DNA from: Candidatus Marinacidobacterales bacterium
GTDB taxonomy: Bacteria > Acidobacteriota > Vicinamibacteria > Marinacidobacterales > SMYC01
Length of the DNA: 64,000 bases
Direction of reading: 5' to 3'
NCBI GenBank assembly: GCA_965224085.1
Contig: CBDCYI010000009.1
Span: 416,001 to 480,000 of the forward strand
A program made the position numbers and the translations under genes. Under the pieces are notes generated by a model, which ran no database searches, had not been told where the DNA came from, and was given only the letters and a program-made list of their open reading frames with translations. Of the stretch, positions 1 to 11,094 are shown one piece after another. Numbering within the stretch: position 1 is the stretch's first letter; each line of letters starts with the position of its first letter.

Positions 1-1331
1 ACGACTTCGACGTCGGCCAAGGCCATGATGTTGAAAAGAGGGTCGCCGTTGACGACGATGATATCCGCGATCTTGCCCACTTCGATAGTTCCCAAATCGT
101 CTCTGCGCCCCAGGATCCGTGCATTGACTCGAGTGGTCGCCGAGATGGCCCGTTGGGGGCTCATGCCCAGATCTACGAAGGCCTTGATCTCTCGCCACAA
201 CGCTTCCGTATGGAAGTTCAACGGGGTGCCGGAATCCGTGCCCATGCCCACGACCGCGCCCGAATCGATCCACTGCTTGAGCGAGGCGTCGCCAAACAAC
301 ATCTGCCGCGGTGTCGTGGAGAAGTATCGAAGGGTATGCCAGTTCTCGAAGCTGTTCTGCACCTCCTCGTAGATCTCGGGCGGGAAATCCCTCTTCAGCT
401 GCGGGTCCTGCAAGCGCTCCGGAAACGCGACCGTCGCCGGAAACACCCATACGCGATGCGCTCCAGTGACGACGACCGGCCTCCCGCTCACAACGATGTC
501 TTCGAGGAGCTCCGCATCGTAGGGGGGTGTGCCGGCGGAGCCCACGTGCTGCAGCACGTCCACCCCGGCCTCGAGTGCGTCTCGAACTGCCTGAGGACTG
601 TAGACGTGCGCGTGCACTCGAATGTCGTACCGGTGCGCTGCCTCCACGATGGCCTCGTAATGCGCTCGGTTCAGGCCGGCCCAGGCCTTGATGACGTCGA
701 CGCCCGCCTTGGCCAGATCCTCGGTGGCCTTCCCGGCCTCCTCGGGCGTTTTGATCCCGATCTGAGACTCGGCCGGAAAAATAGGCCAGACGCGTCCCGT
801 CACCCAAGCGCCACTCATCCACATTCTAGGGCCAGGGATCTCGCCGCGGTTGATCCGATCTCGCACCGTGATGCTATCGTCGAGCGTCGCCCCCAAATCC
901 ACCGCCGAGGTCACGCCGGCCATCAGCAACTGTCGAGCTGAGATCTCCATGACCTGCTGGATAGGTGTCCCGGTTTTCTCAAGCCAGGGGAACCAGGTGG
1001 CATAGTCACCGTGGCCCAGGATCATGAGGTGAGCATGTAGGTCGATGAGTCCCGGCAGCATCGTCCGGCCCTGCGTATCGATGACGGTGTAGCCTTGCGG
1101 GATCTCGATCTCGGGGGCCCTACCGACGGCGACAATACGGTCGCTCTCGATGAGAACGGCCGCGTTGTGGAGCGGCGGTACCTCATATCCATCCAGCAGC
1201 ATGCCGCCCACGAGGGCGAGCTTGCTGTTTGGCTGCGCCGACGCTGCGCCTGCGAACACTATCAGCGAGACGGCCGCGGCCAGGAGCGTACCTGCCATTG
1301 GGAACGAGACCCGGCTTTTGCTTCTGTTCAT
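1..1331 (-). CDS. Secreted metal-dependent amidohydrolase, paralog A1 (3' end runs off the window)
   Basis: Absent from the ORF track because it has no stop in the window. Read manually: ATG at 1331 after GGAGAG, MNRSKSRVSF... signal peptide, LALVGGMLLDGYEVPP, DLHAH, IKA, HAH, QH, GTDSG and IIVVNGDPLFNIMALADVEVV, matching the other paralogs. Confidence 0.9.
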   Translation of the reverse strand, partial: MNRSKSRVSFPMAGTLLAAAVSLIVFAGAASAQPNSKLALVGGMLLDGYEVPPLHNAAVLIESDRIVAVGRAPEIEIPQGYTVIDTQGRTMLPGLIDLHAHLMILGHGDYATWFPWLEKTGTPIQQVMEISARQLLMAGVTSAVDLGATLDDSITVRDRINRGEIPGPRMWMSGAWVTGRVWPIFPAESQIGIKTPEEAGKATEDLAKAGVDVIKAWAGLNRAHYEAIVEAAHRYDIRVHAHVYSPQAVRDALEAGVDVLQHVGSAGTPPYDAELLEDIVVSGRPVVVTGAHRVWVFPATVAFPERLQDPQLKRDFPPEIYEEVQNSFENWHTLRYFSTTPRQMLFGDASLKQWIDSGAVVGMGTDSGTPLNFHTEALWREIKAFVDLGMSPQRAISATTRVNARILGRRDDLGTIEVGKIADIIVVNGDPLFNIMALADVEV

Positions 1332-1529
1332 TTTTCTCTCCATGAGGTGCCCTCCGCTCGTCTGCGCGCGGATCCCTCGACGAGATCGAGCAGCTCCCGG
1401 TCGATGGGAGCCAGATTTCGTATGGCCCTGAGATCGTTGATGCATTTGCAGAGGCTCGCCGACGTTCGTGCGCCCCCGTGTGCTCGAGGCCCTCGGGCTT
1501 GTCGTGCTGCCACTAATTGTCGCCATCGA

Positions 1530-1720
1530 TGTCGAAGCCCAAGCTACGGGCGAGAGTCCGAATGTGAACGCCCACGCGGATCGTTTTGTTCGTTCGATAA
1601 AACATGAACGCCTCGAACGGATGGTTCCGCTCGGGGAGAATATTCTTCGCACGGTTGTTCGCGCTTACGCCGCCCATGACAACCACCAAGGTCTCGACAG
1701 CGGGCTGGTCTTCCCAGTGC
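1530..1720 (+). pseudogene. Integrase-core (rve-like) transposase remnant
   Basis: ESPNVNAHADRFVRSIKHERLERMVPLGENILRTVVRAY..HDNHQGLD resembles the C-terminal part of integrase-core transposases (SPnxNayaERFVrSIKxEcL...rNHQGL). It has no N-terminus and appears to have an internal deletion. Confidence 0.65.
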
Positions 1721-1772
1721 AGGAAAGTCGCGGGGCGAGACTCATTGTGTCCCTCCGGCCGGAGCCAGCTGG

Positions 1773-3218
1773 CTACCGGCCGGTCGGCCCGCCCTTGTAG
1801 ACGACGCCGTCCTTGACGACCACTTCCACGTCGGCCAGCGCCATGATGTTGAACAGCGGATTGCCCCGCACCACGATGATGTCGGCCAGCTTGCCCGGCT
1901 CGATCGTCCCGAGGTCGCTCCCTCTGCCCAGGATCCGCGCGTTGATGCGCGTCGCCGCCGAAATGGCGCGCTGCGGCGACATCCCCATGTCCACGTGCGC
2001 CTTGATCTCCCGCCACAGTGCCTCGGTGTTGAAATTCGCTGGAGAGGGGTCGGTGCCCATGCCCATCACCGCGCCCGCTTCGATGAACTGCTTCAACCCG
2101 CGCTCGCGGAAGAACATCTCCCGGTCAACCCGCTGAAAGTAGCTGATCGTATGCCACTGCTCGAGCGAGGACTGCACTTCCTCCCATAGGCCGGGTATCG
2201 CGGCGAAGTCTTCCTTCAGCTGGGGGTCCTGCAGCCGTTCCGGAAACCCCACCGTGGCCGGAAAAATCCACGAACGGTGGGTGGCGGTGATCACCACCGG
2301 CCGCCCCGCGTTCACGACGTCGCGAATCAGCTCCGGAGTGTACGGCGGCGTGGTCCCGGCCGAGCCCGTATGCGTGAGGACGTCCACTCCGGCCTCGAGC
2401 GCGTTGCGCACGTCCTGCTCGTCGTACACGTGCGCGTGCACCCGGAGGTTGTGGCGATGCGCCGTCTCGAGGATCGCCCGGTAGTGCGCGGGCGTGAGGT
2501 TCGTGTATGCCTTGATGACGTCGACGCCTGCCCGGGCCAGTTCGTCGGTAACGCGCGCGGCGTCTTCGGGCGTGTCGATCGTCCCCGGCGGGTAGGCCCA
2601 CCACTCCTCGCCGGATCGAAACGGGCGCTTCTGGTTCCCCATCTGCGGATCAGGTCTCCCGAACGAGCCACGGAGCTCGATGTCGCCGCTTATCTCACCC
2701 TTCCGCGGGATCACCAATCCGGCCATCCACAGCCGCGGCCCCGGAATCTCGCCGCGGGCGACCCGATCGCGCACTCGCAAGCTCTCTTCGAGCGGCGACC
2801 CGAGATCGACCACCGAGGTAACGCCGGCCCTCAGCAGCTGTTTGGCCGACAGCTCCATGACGGCGTCCAGGACGTCTCGCTCGCGCACCCACTGCCACCA
2901 GCGCGGGTAGGCCGAGCCGAGCAGCGACAGATGGCCGTGCAGGTCGATGAGGCCCGGTAGCATGACCCGTCCTCTCGTGTCGATCACCGTCGCGTCCGAC
3001 GGAATCGTGGCCTCGGCGGCCCGGCCCACCCAGACAATCGTGTTGCCTTCGATGAGCACCGCCGCATGGTGCAGCGGCGGCACCTCGTAGCCGTCCAGGA
3101 GCATGCCGCCCACCAGCGCCACGCGCGTGGGCGTCTGCGCCCGCAGCTCCGCTGGGGTGCCAAGCAGCACGAGCGCCAGCACGACAACACCGTATGCGTA
3201 GTTTTTCGTGACTCTCAT
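1773..3218 (-). CDS. Secreted amidohydrolase, paralog A2
   Basis: ATG 3218 after GAGGGAGAG. Signal peptide ending ELRA|Q; DLHGH, IKA, HAH, TH and GTD metal-ligand motifs. The ORF-track start at 3422 is over-extended. Confidence 0.9.
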   Translation of the reverse strand: MRVTKNYAYGVVVLALVLLGTPAELRAQTPTRVALVGGMLLDGYEVPPLHHAAVLIEGNTIVWVGRAAEATIPSDATVIDTRGRVMLPGLIDLHGHLSLLGSAYPRWWQWVRERDVLDAVMELSAKQLLRAGVTSVVDLGSPLEESLRVRDRVARGEIPGPRLWMAGLVIPRKGEISGDIELRGSFGRPDPQMGNQKRPFRSGEEWWAYPPGTIDTPEDAARVTDELARAGVDVIKAYTNLTPAHYRAILETAHRHNLRVHAHVYDEQDVRNALEAGVDVLTHTGSAGTTPPYTPELIRDVVNAGRPVVITATHRSWIFPATVGFPERLQDPQLKEDFAAIPGLWEEVQSSLEQWHTISYFQRVDREMFFRERGLKQFIEAGAVMGMGTDPSPANFNTEALWREIKAHVDMGMSPQRAISAATRINARILGRGSDLGTIEPGKLADIIVVRGNPLFNIMALADVEVVVKDGVVYKGGPTGR

Positions 3219-3252
3219 GATTCGCTCTCCCTCTTCGGGCCTTCTCTGTGCG

Positions 3253-4617
3253 CTAACGGCGCGCCGGCCCACCCTTGTAGACGACGCCGTCCTTGACGAC
3301 CACTTCCACGTCGGCCAGCGCCATGATATTGAACAGCGGATTACCCCGCACCACGATGATGTCGGCCAGCTTGCCCGGCTCGATCGTGCCCAGATCCTGC
3401 CCGCGGCCGAGAATGCGAGCACCGATGCGCGTTGCGGCCGAAATCGCCCGCTGCGGCGACATCCCCATGTCCACGTGCGCCTTGATCTCCCGCCACATCG
3501 CCTCCGGATTGAAGTTCATCGGCGAGCCCGAGTCCGTCCCGATGCCCAGCACGGCGCCGGCCTCGATGAACTGCTTCAGCCCCCGCTCCCGAAAGAACAT
3601 CTCGCGGTCGACCTGCTGGAAGTACCCGAGCGTGTGCCAGTGCTCGAACGACTTCTGCACCAGCTCCCAGAGGCCGGGCTCGGCGCCGAAGTCGGCTTTG
3701 AGCTGTGGATCCTGTAGCCGCTCCGGGAAGTCGACCGTGGCTGGGAAGATCCACGTCCGGTGTGTGCCGGTGACGACGACCGGTCGCCCGGCGTTAACGA
3801 TGTCGCGAATCAGCTCCGGAGTGTACGGCGGGGTGCGCCCGGCTGAACCCGCATGGGTCAGCACGTCCACGCCGGCTTCGAGCGCGTTCCGCACGTCTTT
3901 TTCGTCGTACACGTGCGCGTGCACAAGGAGGTTGCGGCGATGTGCGGCCTCGACGATCGCCTGGTAATGCGCCGGCGTCAGGTTCGTGCGCACCTTGATG
4001 ACGTCCACGCCCGCTCCGGCCAGTTCCTCGGTGATGCGCGCGGCGTCTTCGGGCGTATCGATCCGGTCCGGGTGGACTGCCGGCCACGCGTTCGGGCCGG
4101 GAGGGCCGCCCCGCTGAATGACGAACCCGCTCACGAACAGCCGCGCCCCCGGGACCTCGCCCCGCGCGACCCGTTCGCGCACGTTGAGACTCTCCTCGAG
4201 CGGTCCACCGAGATCGACGACCGAAGTGACGCCGGCCATCAGGAACTGCCTGGCGGAGATCTCTATGACTCGCTCCATCAGGCCTTTCTCGGCCGCCCAT
4301 TCCCACAAGGGCGCGTACTTCGACCCCAGGTGCATCAGGTGCGCGTGCAGCTCGATCATCCCCGGCATCATCACGCGACCTCTGGTGTCGATCACGGTGG
4401 CGTCGGGCGGAATCGTGGCCTCGGCGGCGCGGCCAACCCACTTGATGGTGTCGCCCTCGATAAGCACGGCCGCATGGTGCAGCGGCGGCACCTCGTACCC
4501 GTCCAGCAGCATCCCGCCCACGAGCGCCAGCTGCTCGGGCGCCTGCGCCCACAGCTCCGCTGACGCGCCCGCCAGAACGAGCGTCCACGCAACGATGATA
4601 TTCGCGCGTCTTTTCAT
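3253..4617 (-). CDS. Secreted amidohydrolase, paralog A3
   Basis: ATG 4617 after GGAGG. MKRRANIIVAW signal peptide; ELHAH, IKV, HAH, TH and GTDSG motifs. The ORF-track start at 5109 is over-extended. Confidence 0.9.
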   Translation of the reverse strand: MKRRANIIVAWTLVLAGASAELWAQAPEQLALVGGMLLDGYEVPPLHHAAVLIEGDTIKWVGRAAEATIPPDATVIDTRGRVMMPGMIELHAHLMHLGSKYAPLWEWAAEKGLMERVIEISARQFLMAGVTSVVDLGGPLEESLNVRERVARGEVPGARLFVSGFVIQRGGPPGPNAWPAVHPDRIDTPEDAARITEELAGAGVDVIKVRTNLTPAHYQAIVEAAHRRNLLVHAHVYDEKDVRNALEAGVDVLTHAGSAGRTPPYTPELIRDIVNAGRPVVVTGTHRTWIFPATVDFPERLQDPQLKADFGAEPGLWELVQKSFEHWHTLGYFQQVDREMFFRERGLKQFIEAGAVLGIGTDSGSPMNFNPEAMWREIKAHVDMGMSPQRAISAATRIGARILGRGQDLGTIEPGKLADIIVVRGNPLFNIMALADVEVVVKDGVVYKGGPARR

Positions 4618-5237
4618 GAGTCGTCCTCCATCAGCCAGCGATCGGCACCGTCGCTTCGGCGGAATCTTAGCCTCCGCGATCCCCGCCGTTGAAACGGCCG
4701 AGTCACGACCTAGAACGCGAGGTTCGCGTTCACGAGCGGCCAATGGCCTGTGGCCATGAAGACCCGCGTCCGCGGCCCCTCGCCGAAGACATACAAGCCC
4801 GGGACGTCGAACCACGCCTTCTCGCACTTGATCTCCCCGCCCGCTATCGTCACGCTCACGCGCTCGCGCATCGTAAGCAGCGCCTCGTCCAGCACGCTGC
4901 GGATCGGCGGACGGATGCCTCGACTTGATCTCGTCCAGCAGCGTCTTGCAGGTCGGCATCGTGGCGAGAGAGCATAGCACAAAGAGAGCCGATAGGGGGG
5001 CGCACGGCCCAGGGACAGGAGCCGTGGTGCTAGACCTGCCTAGCATCGATTTACTTGAGAAAGACCCGAAGTTATGCTTTGGAATGCGAGACCGCGTTAT
5101 GATATCCATCGTAGGAGGAAACGGGGCAGAAGGATCGTCCCACCTTCTGCCCCTGATTTGGGCTCTGGAACATCCCAGTCCGTGCCGGCACGTGAGGGGA
5201 ACAGCCGTGTGAGCACAGAAAGGAGTCTGGTATAGAC

Positions 5238-6158
5238 ATGGACGGTCGTAGAGGCTCCGGCTCGTGGTGGCACGCCGTGGTGTTGTCCGGGTTTTTGCTG
5301 GTGTGCCTTACTCCAGGACATGCCGCGGCGCTCCAAAACACCGTTAAGGGCCGAGTTACTGACGAGGACGGCAACCCTCTCGAAGGCGCCGCCTGTACCT
5401 TCACGCAGCGGGCTCAAAATTTGACGGTCCGGGTCAAGTCCGGCAAGGACGGACGTTTCCTCCGAGCGGGGATACGGAGCGGCCAGTACCGCATCGTCTG
5501 TGAGCTTACCCGATACGCCCACGAGCCCATGGTCACTCAGATTGGAGGCGGGGGCACGGGTTCACTCGAGTTGCGGATGGTCAAGACGGAATCCACCTAT
5601 TACGAGGAGGGATTTCAGGCGTTCTCCGACGGGCGCTTCGAGGAGGCTGTCTCTCTGATGAAGCTTGCCTTGGCCGACGACCCCGACGACGCCCGAGCAG
5701 AATACATCTTGGGCCTCAGCCTAACCGATCTGGGGAAGTACGACGAAGCGCTGGAGCATCTGACGCGTGTGGCAAGCTCTGAAAGCGAGCTGGCGACGAG
5801 CGCCATGCTCAACCTCAGCCTCGGCCAGACGTACCTCCTGATGGGCGATGAAGAGACTGCCGAGAAATACATCCAGAAAGCGGGTAACCCCGCGGCGATA
5901 TCCTCCATGGTTGCCAACGCCGGGACCTGGGCCTTCAACCGCGGACAGTTGGAAAAGGCGGAACGGTATTTCCAGAGGGCACTCCAGGCGAACCCACAAA
6001 ATGTGGACGCGTTATACGGCCTCGGCGTTTGCCACATCAAGGCCAAGCGGACAGATGAGGCCTTGGAAGTCCTCAAAACCCTCCTCTCGACCGCGCCGGA
6101 GCACGAAAAGGCGAAACAAGCGGAAGTTCTCGTCAAGAAGCTCGAAGCTGAACGCTAG
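5238..6158 (+). CDS. Exported protein: carboxypeptidase-regulatory-like domain plus TPR repeats
   Basis: Signal peptide; VKGRVTDEDGNPLEGA...SGKDGRF Ig-like motif; TPR motifs (AEYILGLSL..LGKYDEALEHL; ALYGLGVCH); RBS AAGGAG. Confidence 0.85.
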   Translation: MDGRRGSGSWWHAVVLSGFLLVCLTPGHAAALQNTVKGRVTDEDGNPLEGAACTFTQRAQNLTVRVKSGKDGRFLRAGIRSGQYRIVCELTRYAHEPMVTQIGGGGTGSLELRMVKTESTYYEEGFQAFSDGRFEEAVSLMKLALADDPDDARAEYILGLSLTDLGKYDEALEHLTRVASSESELATSAMLNLSLGQTYLLMGDEETAEKYIQKAGNPAAISSMVANAGTWAFNRGQLEKAERYFQRALQANPQNVDALYGLGVCHIKAKRTDEALEVLKTLLSTAPEHEKAKQAEVLVKKLEAER

Positions 6159-6367
6159 GGAACGACCCGCTCGGTTGCCTTCTATCGGGCCAAGCTGGTC
6201 ACATAGTGTCGACGTTAGTTTAGAACCGGTCAGGTCTATCCCAGTGCTTCAAAGGACCAATGGAGCGAGTATGGTTTGGAACACGTCTCGCAGCGGGTCC
6301 CGTCCCCTGAGCGTCTGTGGGAAAAAACGACGCGATTCCCCTGGATGTAGCATGAAAATTGTGGCTC

Positions 6368-7696
6368 TTACCTGAAACTCAAGTCGCTATAATTTCTTCC
6401 GCCGACCATCAAGAAGTTCACGTTCCTCAAATCCCGGATGTTTTCGTCAGGCTTTCCCTGTATGGATATGATATCCGCGTATTTTCCCTTCTCGATGGTT
6501 CCTACATCGGCATCGATTCCGACGACCTGCGCGTTGATCCCAGTGGCAGCAGTAATCGCCTCCAAAGGGCTGAAGCCGGCTTTGACGAGGTTCTCCATTT
6601 CGAGCGCCATTAGACCATGCATGCTGTCCGTTCCGATGCCAACGAGGACCCCTTTTTCCTTCGCTCTTTTCAGCTGGCTCCAACGTTGCTTGACGCGACT
6701 GGCCCTTCGTTCGCTTTCGGCAATCGCTTCCTGATGAACTTTTGCGCATCTGTCGATCCACGCCTCGATACTCCGGGCCTCGTTGTCCAAAAACTCCCAT
6801 TCGTCGAATACCCTTTGGAAGCCGATCGTATACGTGTTCACGAATCCAACGCTCCGGTCCACCAAAAGATTCATAAGATCTTCATTGAGCCCTCCCCCGT
6901 GCTGGATCGAATCGACACCGGCTTCCACCGCCAGCCGAATCGACTCGCCGTTTGCGTGCGCCGTCGCTTCTATCCCGAGGCGGTGCAGCTCACCGATGGC
7001 TGCCTCGATCTCTTCCGTCGTATAGTTGGACTCTCCCGGGGCGTAGGGTGTACCGGTGTTCGGGCCGACCCGTGCCCGATCGGTGACCGTCAGCTTCATG
7101 TGGTGAGCGCCCATCTCGTAATTTTTGCGGACAAAGACCCTCATCTCCCAAGGCCCATTTGTCGTTCGATACTCGGCGGGTCCATGACCAGCGGTAGTCG
7201 AAATAAAGTTTCCGCTTGGGTAGATCCGAGGACCCGCAATAATTCCGTCATCCACCGCTTCGCTGGCATGTATGTCGTTGTAGTGGACTTCGCCCACAAC
7301 GTAGAGGCTGGTTACACCTGACAGCAGTTGCACCCGTATATCGCGAACGATTCGTGCCATTTGTTTGGCGTCAGCCTGGGTCATGCCCTCGAGCTGGCCT
7401 TGCAAAGTGCGGGTATCTGGGCGAATGGACAAGTGAGCGTGGGCGTCCACGATACCGGGCATCACAGTCTCCTGGCTCAGGTCTATGATTCGTGCCCCCT
7501 GGGGAACGGAAATGGCCCTTCCCACCGCCTCGATGCGATCTCCTCTAATAATGATGACGGCATTCTCGACCGCAGGCGCCCCCGAACCGTCAATCAACCG
7601 ACCTGCCCGGATCGCCGTCACTTCTTGCCCACTGACCATTGCCGTGCAAAGAATGAGGACGGAACTCAGCAAGAAAGATCCAGTCATGATTCGCAT
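6368..7696 (-). CDS. Secreted amidohydrolase (Xaa-Pro dipeptidase/imidazolonepropionase-like), divergent from A1-A6
   Basis: AIRAGRLIDG, MPGIVDAHAH, MKL, AHA, IQHG, GTDS and GTIEKGKYADII motifs; signal peptide; RBS AAGGAGAGG. Confidence 0.9.
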   Translation of the reverse strand: MRIMTGSFLLSSVLILCTAMVSGQEVTAIRAGRLIDGSGAPAVENAVIIIRGDRIEAVGRAISVPQGARIIDLSQETVMPGIVDAHAHLSIRPDTRTLQGQLEGMTQADAKQMARIVRDIRVQLLSGVTSLYVVGEVHYNDIHASEAVDDGIIAGPRIYPSGNFISTTAGHGPAEYRTTNGPWEMRVFVRKNYEMGAHHMKLTVTDRARVGPNTGTPYAPGESNYTTEEIEAAIGELHRLGIEATAHANGESIRLAVEAGVDSIQHGGGLNEDLMNLLVDRSVGFVNTYTIGFQRVFDEWEFLDNEARSIEAWIDRCAKVHQEAIAESERRASRVKQRWSQLKRAKEKGVLVGIGTDSMHGLMALEMENLVKAGFSPLEAITAATGINAQVVGIDADVGTIEKGKYADIISIQGKPDENIRDLRNVNFLMVGGRNYSDLSFR

Positions 7697-8055
7697 AATT
7701 CCCTCTCCTTACTCAAAAATGAATATAGTAATAACCAAGAGCTGTGAATTGGCTGATTGAACAAAGGCGATATATCCGCGCACGAACTCTGAAACGGAAA
7801 CCCGGTTTGCCGAAGCGGAGGAAGAAGGCGCCATCGGTGCTGAGGATACAAGATCCATCCAAGGAAAAGAGGAGAATTTCGATGGACCGGAGCGCGGGAA
7901 AAACCTCGGCGCGTGCTGGTCGAGGCAGTCGAGATGGGCTGCGGCGCGAGACACGGCGGGTGAATGACAAACCAGTGATCGACAAAGAACAGGAACCATC
8001 GTTTCTTTCGAAACGGGCGCGGTCGAGCAGAGCGAAAAGACAGGAGATTTAGAAG

Positions 8056-9730
8056 ATGCTTTACGATCGCCCTTTGAACCCGAACAAGACCAATCCGAAC
8101 CGGCACCTGCTCCTCCTCATCGTGTTCGCCAGCTTCCCGCTCGTGTCGGTTTGTTGCTCTTATCCGGAGGCGGAATCGGCGCGAGAAGCCTACCAATACG
8201 ATCTCTTGCTCAAGGGCGGAACCGTCGTAGACGGATCGGGTTCGTCCCGTTTTCAAGCGGACGTCGGAGTCCGGGGGGACAGGATTGTGCGCGTCGACCG
8301 GGACGGAATTCCGCCCGACGAAGCCGCACGGGTGCTGGATGCCGAAGGCCTGATTGTAGCACCTGGCTTTCTCGACCATCATGCCCACATTCAGGTGCGA
8401 ATCCATGAACATCCTCTGGCGGAAAATTTTATCCGCCAGGGAATCACCACGATTCTTGCCTCTTTGCACAGCGGTCGCCAACCTTATCCACTTGACGAGT
8501 ATGCGCGTTCTTTGAAGATTGCACCGAATGTGGGGTTTTTTGCGGGTCACAGCTGGACCCGCCGTCAGGTGCTCGGCATGGATAACCGGGAGCCCACTTC
8601 GGAGGAGTTCGAGCGCATGAAAGGGCTTGTCGAAGAGTCGATGCAGCAGGGCGCTTTGGGACTCTCCACCGGTCTCCTTTATGTACCGGCCAATTACGCC
8701 AAGACCGGGGAAGTTATAGAACTGGCGAAGGTCGCGGCACGCTATGGAGGCGTCTACTACACGCACATGAGAGACGAGGGACGCGGGCTTTTGGATGCCG
8801 TCGCCGAGGCCATCAGAATTGGGAGAGAAGCGGGGATTCCCGTGGAGATACAGCATCACAAGGCGATGGGTGCGGCTCAATGGGGTTGGACTGAGAAGAC
8901 GCTAGCCATGATCGATAAAGCCCGCGAAGAAGGCTTGGACGTCAAACATGATCTCTATCCCTACACTGCCGGAAGCACCGGATCGAGTGTGCTTTTCCCT
9001 CAGTGGTCTTTGGCCGGAGGTCCGGAGAAGTTTCGGGAACGCATTGAAGAACCGGAAACTCGTGCCCGCATCGAAGCCAAAATGAAAGAGATGTTCGAGA
9101 CCGAGTGGGTGGGCGACGATCTGGCGCGGATCCAGTTCCGACGCCTCCGTTCGGACCCACGATACGACGGTAAGACGCTGGCCGACTTGGCTGCCCATCG
9201 CGGGATGCCCAACACGGTTGCGTCGGGAATCCAGCTGGTCATCGAGCTCCAGCTCGCGGGCGGGTTCAGCGCCATTTACCACTTTATGGACGAAGAGGAC
9301 GTCAAGAGAGTGATGCGCCATCCCTTCGCGATGTTCCAGACTGACGGGGATCCGACCAGCTACGGCAAGGGTTTTCCGCATCCCCGGAGCTATGGCGCTT
9401 TTCCTCGGGTGCTGGCGCGATTTGTTCGCGAGCTCGGTGTGCTGGAGCTCGAAGATGCCATCCGGCGCATGACCCATGCCTCGATGATGCAGATTGGTCA
9501 GACGGAGAGGGGCTTGATCAAGGAAGGAATGTACGCAGACATTACCGTCTTTGACTTTGATCGGATTCAGGATCTGGCCACTTATACTGATCCTCACCGC
9601 TACTTCGGTGGGAATCGAGCATGTCATCGTCAACGGTGTCCCGATTATCGACGGCGCTCGATTGACCGGCGAGAAACCTGGGCGAGTTTTGGTAGGACCG
9701 GCGAGACCAAAAGATCCCGGCAAGACCTAG
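8056..9730 (+). CDS. D-aminoacylase (N-acyl-D-amino-acid deacylase), with a +1 frameshift near 9604
   Basis: YDLLLKGGTVVDGSG, APGFLDHHAH, GALGLSTGLLY, THMRDE, HHK and PHPRSYGAFPRVL motifs. The canonical end (GIEHVIVNGVPII..GEKPGRVL, stop TAG 9728-9730) is in another frame after 9604. Confidence 0.88.
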
Positions 9731-9895
9731 CTTAGTGACTTAACTAACTAGTACCCGTCCTGACAGGTGTAAGAGGTTGAGAAAAAAGGGGTAATCGCAA
9801 ATTTAGGGCTAGCCTTCTGAGGGAGTGTCGTTTAGTATCGAGTCGACAAAAACGCAGATTCTAAACGACTTAACTCCAAAGGAGACCAGCCCTAA

Positions 9896-11035
9896 ATGCG
9901 AAAAACGATCAACCCACAACCAAGCCTTCGCGAGCCCTGGCTGGAGCTGGAGTACGCACGCGAGCTCGAAACGATATCATCGCTGCTCGATGCCCATCCT
10001 AAGCTCAATGAGCTGGTACTGCAAGACCTGAGGTCGGTCACCCCATCGGCAGGGAGCGATGTTGGTCGTGGGGGAATGAGCGCGGAGCAGGTTCTCCGGG
10101 CGTTGTTGGTCAAGCAGCTGAATCAGTTCACCTATCGGGAGCTGGCGTTTCACTTGGCAGACTCTCGAAGCTATCGGACGTTTTGCCAGCTCGGCATCAT
10201 AGAGCCGAGCCCGTCGAAGTCGACCCTAGCAGCAAACATCAAAGCCGTGAAGTTCGAAACGCTGGAGAAAATCAACCGAGAGTTGGTGAGTGTTGCCGAG
10301 AAGACCGCGATCGAAAAAGGAAGAAAAGTACGAGTGGACTGCACGGTAGTGGAGTCGAATATTCATTCTCCTACGGACTCCGAGCTTCTTTATGACTGCG
10401 TCCGAGTTCTCACTCGCCTCATGTGCCGAACTCGCGAACTGCTGGGTACAGTAGTGGTCTTCGGCAATCGAACGCGTCGAGCGAAGAGACGTCGACTGGG
10501 AGTTCTAAACGCGAAGGATAAGGAACAAAGGCGTCGCGTCTATCGAGATCTACTGAAGGTGTCGGAAGAAACCTATCGCTCCGCTCAACGCGTTGCAGAC
10601 CAGTTGGACGAGTCCGGCTTGACCGAGCCGGTGAAGCGAGCGAGTGCGGAGAAGATCGCCGCGGATTTTAAGCACTTTCTCATCCTCACCGAAAAAGTCA
10701 TCAACCAAACTCGGCGTAGAGTGATTGATGAAGAGCGTGTGCCTGCGGAGGAAAATGTCGTTTCGATCTTCGAAGAACACACCGACATTATTCGCAAAGA
10801 CCGGCGCGAGACTCTCTACGGTCACAAGGTGTGTTTGACTGGTGGCTCGTCCTCGATGATTTTGGATTGCGTGATCTTGGATGGGAATCCGTCCGATTCA
10901 ACTCTCGCGGAAACCATGATCGACCGTCAAGTCGAACTCTACGAACGGGCCCCGATTGCTGACGATTCGCCTCTCGTTTCGTCCAAGATTTTCATTCGCT
11001 TCCGAGCCTACGAGGTGCCGACTGAAAACGTATAA
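9896..11035 (+). pseudogene. ISNCY-family DDE transposase, C-terminally truncated
   Basis: GRxGMSAEQVLRA, VRVDCTVVESNIHSPTDS and VSIFEEHTDIIRK..YGHKV motifs. Similarity stops near 10950, before the last catalytic segments. Confidence 0.8.
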
Positions 11036-11094
11036 TACCCACATCTTCGATAGGCCTCTCGTACACCACAAGTTATGGTGTTTCTGGACAGGAA

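Noticed and set aside
4710-4982. Small ORF upstream of A3
   Set aside because: It could be a frameshifted hypothetical gene, but it has no recognisable motif or clear start.
4618-5109. Long N-terminal extensions of A3 (and of A2, the 33434 M16 subunit and FdhE) in the ORF track
   Set aside because: The RBS and signal peptide lie at the downstream ATGs, and the extensions are low-complexity read-through or overlap other genes.
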